Shown piece by piece: positions 60,503-64,000 of a stretch of 64,000 nucleotides of DNA. Position numbers and translations under genes: made by a program. Source of the DNA: an uncultured Candidatus Rokubacteria bacterium (lineage in GTDB: Bacteria > Methylomirabilota > Methylomirabilia > Rokubacteriales > CSP1-6); NCBI GenBank assembly GCA_963771355.1, contig CAVYTA010000006.1, forward strand, positions 2,304,001-2,368,000, in the 5' to 3' direction. The notes beneath the pieces were generated by a model. It was given only the letters and a program-made list of their open reading frames with translations. It had not been told where the DNA came from and did no database searches. Position 1 is the first letter of the stretch. Each line of letters opens with the position of its first letter.

Positions 60503-61930
60503 GTGAGTCTCCCGCCGCTCCCCGCCTGGCCGCCGCGCTACGATGCCTCCTATCGGCCGCCCGTGGCCGCGGAGTACTGGCGGCCGGAGCTGGAGCGCGC
60601 CGAGCCCGCGGAGCGCGACCGGCACATCCTGGACAAGCTGCGCCATCAGCTGCGCTGGGCCTGGGAGCGGAGCCCCTTCTACCGCCGCAAGTGGGAGGCG
60701 GCGGGGGTGTCCCCGGAGACCCTGCGTACCTTGGCCGACCTGTCGCGCTTCCCGGTGGTGCAGAAGGCCGAGCTCCGCGAGGCGCAGGCCGCGCATCCGC
60801 CCTTCGGCGACTACCTCTGCATCGAGCCGGAGGCAGTGGCCCGCATTCACGGCACGAGCGGCACCACCGGCCGGCCCACCGTGTTCGGCATCGGCGCCGA
60901 CGACTGGGCGCGCATCGGCGAGGCGCATGCGCGGGTGCTGTGGGGCGCGGGCCTCCGGCCCGCCGACTCGGTGCTCGTCTGCTCCTTCTTCAGCCTGTAT
61001 CTCGGCTCCTGGGGCGCGCTGGTGGGCGCGGAGCGGCTGGGCGCCACCGTCTTCCCCTTCGGCGCCGGCGCCGCCGGCCAGACCCTGGCCGCCGTGCAGT
61101 GGGCGCGGGACTTGCGGCCGAGCGCGTTCTACGGCACCCCGTCCTACGCGCTCCACTTCGCGGAGACCGCGCGGCGCGAGGGCATCGACCCGCGGGCGCT
61201 CGGCATCCGCCTCCTCCTCTTCTCGGGCGAGCCGGGCGCGGGCATTCCCGCCACCAAGGCGCTCATCGAGTCCACCTTCGGCGGGCTCTGCGTGGACATG
61301 GGGAGCATGGCGGAGATGACGCCCTGGATGACGAATGGCGAGTGCCGCCACCGCACCGGCATGCACCTCTGGCAGGACCTCGTCTACACGCAGGTGTGCG
61401 ACCCGGAGACCTACGCGCCGCTCCCCTACGGGGCGGAGGGCACGCCCGTCTACACCCATCTGGAGCGGACGTCGCAGCCGATGATCCGCCTCGTGTCGGG
61501 CGACCGCGCGCGCTGGACGGACGAGCCCTGCCCGTGCGGGCGCACGTATCCGCGGCTGCCCGCCGGGCTCTACGGCCGCTTCGACGACATGATCGTGGTG
61601 CGCGGCGAGAACATCTACCCGAGCGCGGTGGAAGACACGCTGCGCGCGGTGCCGGGCTTCGGCGGCGAGTTCCGCATCATCGTCTCCCGCCGCGAGGCCA
61701 TGGACGAGCTGCTGGTGCGCGTGGAGTACGCGGCCAGCCATGCCGGCGCCGAGCGGCTCGACGCCCTCCGGGGCGAGCTGCGCCGCCGCCTTCGCACGCG
61801 GCTGGGCGTGCACCCGGTGGTGGAGCTGGTCCCGGAGGGCACGCTGGCCCGCACCGAGTTCAAGGCCCGCCGCGTGGTGGACGACCGCGATCTCTACCGG
61901 GAGACGGTCAACAAGGCGCCCGCTCGATGA
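60503..61930 (+). CDS. hcl: Phenylacetate-CoA ligase family enzyme, probable 2-hydroxyisobutyrate-CoA ligase
   Basis: HGTSGTTGRPT, GTPSY, SGEPG, RGENIYP; lies within the hcm operon. Confidence 0.78.
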   Translation: MSLPPLPAWPPRYDASYRPPVAAEYWRPELERAEPAERDRHILDKLRHQLRWAWERSPFYRRKWEAAGVSPETLRTLADLSRFPVVQKAELREAQAAHPPFGDYLCIEPEAVARIHGTSGTTGRPTVFGIGADDWARIGEAHARVLWGAGLRPADSVLVCSFFSLYLGSWGALVGAERLGATVFPFGAGAAGQTLAAVQWARDLRPSAFYGTPSYALHFAETARREGIDPRALGIRLLLFSGEPGAGIPATKALIESTFGGLCVDMGSMAEMTPWMTNGECRHRTGMHLWQDLVYTQVCDPETYAPLPYGAEGTPVYTHLERTSQPMIRLVSGDRARWTDEPCPCGRTYPRLPAGLYGRFDDMIVVRGENIYPSAVEDTLRAVPGFGGEFRIIVSRREAMDELLVRVEYAASHAGAERLDALRGELRRRLRTRLGVHPVVELVPEGTLARTEFKARRVVDDRDLYRETVNKAPAR

Positions 61931-62892
61931 GCGGCGTGCCTGATCCCGGCGTGCTCGCCGCGGAGCTGGCCGGCGGCTCGGTGCGCGCGCTCGCCCGCGG
62001 CCTCACCTGGATCGAGGAGGGTGGACCCCGCGCCGAGGCCTTGATCGAGCGCATCTATCCGCAGACCGGGCGCGCTCACGTGGTCGGCATCACCGGCTCG
62101 CCCGGCAGCGGCAAGAGCACGCTCGTGCGCGCGCTGGCCCGCGCCGCGCGCGCCCGGGGCAAGACGGTCGGCATCATCGCCGTGGATCCGACGTCTCCGT
62201 TCTCGGGAGGTGCTATCCTCGGCGACCGCATCCGCATGAACGATCTCGCGCTGGACCCCGGCGTGTTCATCCGGAGCATGGCCACCCGCGGCGCGCTGGG
62301 CGGACTCTCCCGCGCCGCCGCCGACGCCATCGACCTCATGGATGCCGCCGGGCGCGATCCCATCTTCGTGGAGACGGTGGGGGTGGGGCAGGACGAGGTG
62401 GAGATCGCCAGCGCCGCGCATTCCGTGGTGGTGGTGAGCGTGCCCGGACTGGGTGACGACGTGCAGGCCATCAAGGCCGGCGTGCTGGAGATCGCGGATG
62501 TGCACGTGGTGAACAAGGCCGACCGGGAGGGCGCGGACCGCATCCTCGCCGACCTCCGCAACATGCTCATGCTCGCCCCCATGCGGGACGGCGCGCCGAT
62601 GCCGCCGGTGCTGGCCTGCGTGGCCGCCCGGGAAGAAGGCATCGACGCGATCTGGGACGCGCTGTCCGCCCACCTCGACGCGCTCAAGGCCACCGGCGAG
62701 CTGGAGCGGCGTCGCGCGCGCATCGCGCACAAGCGCGTGCTGGGCATCGCGCACGAGGTCCTCGCCCGCGCGGTGGCGGACCCGGCCCGCGGGGACACCG
62801 GGCCGCTCCTCGCCCGCGTCGCCCGCCGCGAGCTGTCGCCGCATGCCGCCGCGCGCGCGCTGCTCGCCACCCTGCCCGCCGCCACCCGATAG
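61927..62892 (+). CDS. meaB: MeaB/MeaH family mutase-associated GTPase
   Basis: [39 protein letters not shown]. Confidence 0.93.
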   Translation: MSGVPDPGVLAAELAGGSVRALARGLTWIEEGGPRAEALIERIYPQTGRAHVVGITGSPGSGKSTLVRALARAARARGKTVGIIAVDPTSPFSGGAILGDRIRMNDLALDPGVFIRSMATRGALGGLSRAAADAIDLMDAAGRDPIFVETVGVGQDEVEIASAAHSVVVVSVPGLGDDVQAIKAGVLEIADVHVVNKADREGADRILADLRNMLMLAPMRDGAPMPPVLACVAAREEGIDAIWDALSAHLDALKATGELERRRARIAHKRVLGIAHEVLARAVADPARGDTGPLLARVARRELSPHAAARALLATLPAATR

Positions 62893-62903
62893 GAGACGCC
62901 GCC

Positions 62904-64000
62904 ATGTTCGATCGTGACGCCATCGAGCGAGCCCGCCGGCTCACCGCCGCCTGGGAGGCCAACGAGCTGCGCCGCTTCGTCGAGCGCCAGCCGGAGACGC
63001 GGGCCCGCTACGAGACCTTGTCCGGACTGCCCGTCAACCGGGTCTACACGCCGGCCGACATCGCCGAGACGTCCTTCGACGAGATCGGGCTACCCGGGCA
63101 GTACCCCTACACGCGCGGGCCCTATCCCACCATGTACCGGGGGCGGCTGTGGACCATGCGGCAGATCGCGGGCTTCGGCTCCGGCGAGGACACCAACGGG
63201 CGCTTCCGCTATCTCATCGAGCAGGGCCAGACCGGGCTCAGCGTGGACTTCGACATGCCGACCCTGATGGGCTACGACTCGGACGACCCCAAGTCGCTCG
63301 GCGAGGTCGGACGCGAGGGCGTGGCGGTGGACACCCTCGACGACGCGGAGGCGCTCTTTCACGGCATCGATCTCGAGCGCATCTCGGTGTCCATGACCAT
63401 CAATCCCTCGGCGTGGATCCTGCTGGCCATGTACGTGGCGCTGGCGCAGAGCCGCGGCCTCGACCTCAACCGCCTCTCCGGCACCGTGCAGGCGGACATC
63501 CTCAAGGAGTACATCGCCCAGAAGGAGTGGATCTTCCCCATCCGTCCCTCCATGCGGATCATGCGCGACATGATCGTCTACTGCGCGCGCAACATGGCGC
63601 GCTACAACCCCATCAACATCAGCGGGTATCACATCTCGGAAGCAGGCGCGACCTCGGTGCAGGAGGTCGCCTTCACCATGGCCAACGGGGTGGCCTACGT
63701 GGAGGAGGTGACGCGGGCGGGGGTGCCGGTGGACGAGTTCGCGCCGCGGCTCGCCTTCTACTTCGTGGCCCAGGCCGACTTCTTCGAGGAGGTGGCGAAG
63801 TATCGCGCCGCCCGGCGCGTCTGGGCCAAGCTCATGAAGCAGCGCTTCGGCGCCACCCGGGCCGAGTCCATGCGGCTCCGCTTCCACTGCCAGACCGCGG
63901 CGGCCACCCTGACCAAGGCCCAGCCCATGAACAACGTGGTGCGCACCGCGCTGCAGGCCCTGTCCGCGGTGCTGGGCGGCGCCCAGTCCCTGCACACCAA
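62904..64000 (+). CDS. hcmA: 2-hydroxyisobutyryl-CoA mutase large subunit (3'-truncated by window edge; absent from the ORF track)
   Basis: Manual translation from ATG 62904: [12 protein letters not shown]...WTMRQIAGF...[13 protein letters not shown]...QADILKEY...[10 protein letters not shown]. Confidence 0.88.
   Translation, partial: MFDRDAIERARRLTAAWEANELRRFVERQPETRARYETLSGLPVNRVYTPADIAETSFDEIGLPGQYPYTRGPYPTMYRGRLWTMRQIAGFGSGEDTNGRFRYLIEQGQTGLSVDFDMPTLMGYDSDDPKSLGEVGREGVAVDTLDDAEALFHGIDLERISVSMTINPSAWILLAMYVALAQSRGLDLNRLSGTVQADILKEYIAQKEWIFPIRPSMRIMRDMIVYCARNMARYNPINISGYHISEAGATSVQEVAFTMANGVAYVEEVTRAGVPVDEFAPRLAFYFVAQADFFEEVAKYRAARRVWAKLMKQRFGATRAESMRLRFHCQTAAATLTKAQPMNNVVRTALQALSAVLGGAQSLHT

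Noticed and set aside
62904..64000. Calling the mutase methylmalonyl-CoA or isobutyryl-CoA mutase
   Set aside because: The specificity position is Ile (RQIAGF), not Tyr or Phe.

Overview
Very GC-rich (about 70% by eye) bacterial DNA. The gene repertoire (zinc-ribbon adenylate/guanylate cyclase-AAA-TPR protein, Bug/TctC and family-5 solute-binding proteins, hydantoinase/oxoprolinase, UbiD, CaiB) suggests Candidatus Rokubacteria/Methylomirabilota; this is inference only. At least 10 genes carry single-base frameshifts, most simply explained as long-read indels. From left to right the window holds: an amino-sugar recycling group (GH3, sodium:solute symporter, BadF kinase); a DUF899/DUF2182 module; an accessory island of about 9.5 kb (11.2-20.9 kb); an aromatic/lactam catabolic region; an accessory segment (41.4-53.5 kb) with many gene remnants; and a 2-hydroxyisobutyryl-CoA mutase operon (hcmB-hcl-meaH-hcmA) running off the right end. 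Two signals stand out. (1) The island combines egtD and a fungal-Egt1-like sulfoxide synthase with an unannotated selenoprotein (in-frame TGA, UxxC motif, SECIS-like hairpin), a phosphoribosyltransferase-like gene, a betaine-type ABC importer and a cNMP-flavoprotein reductase. (2) Duplicated 3' ends of two convergent genes 42 kb apart are fused at 41.2-41.4 kb, with a further copy at 41.9 kb, indicating an integrase-free cargo-accretion hotspot. No rRNA, tRNA or CRISPR array was recognised.
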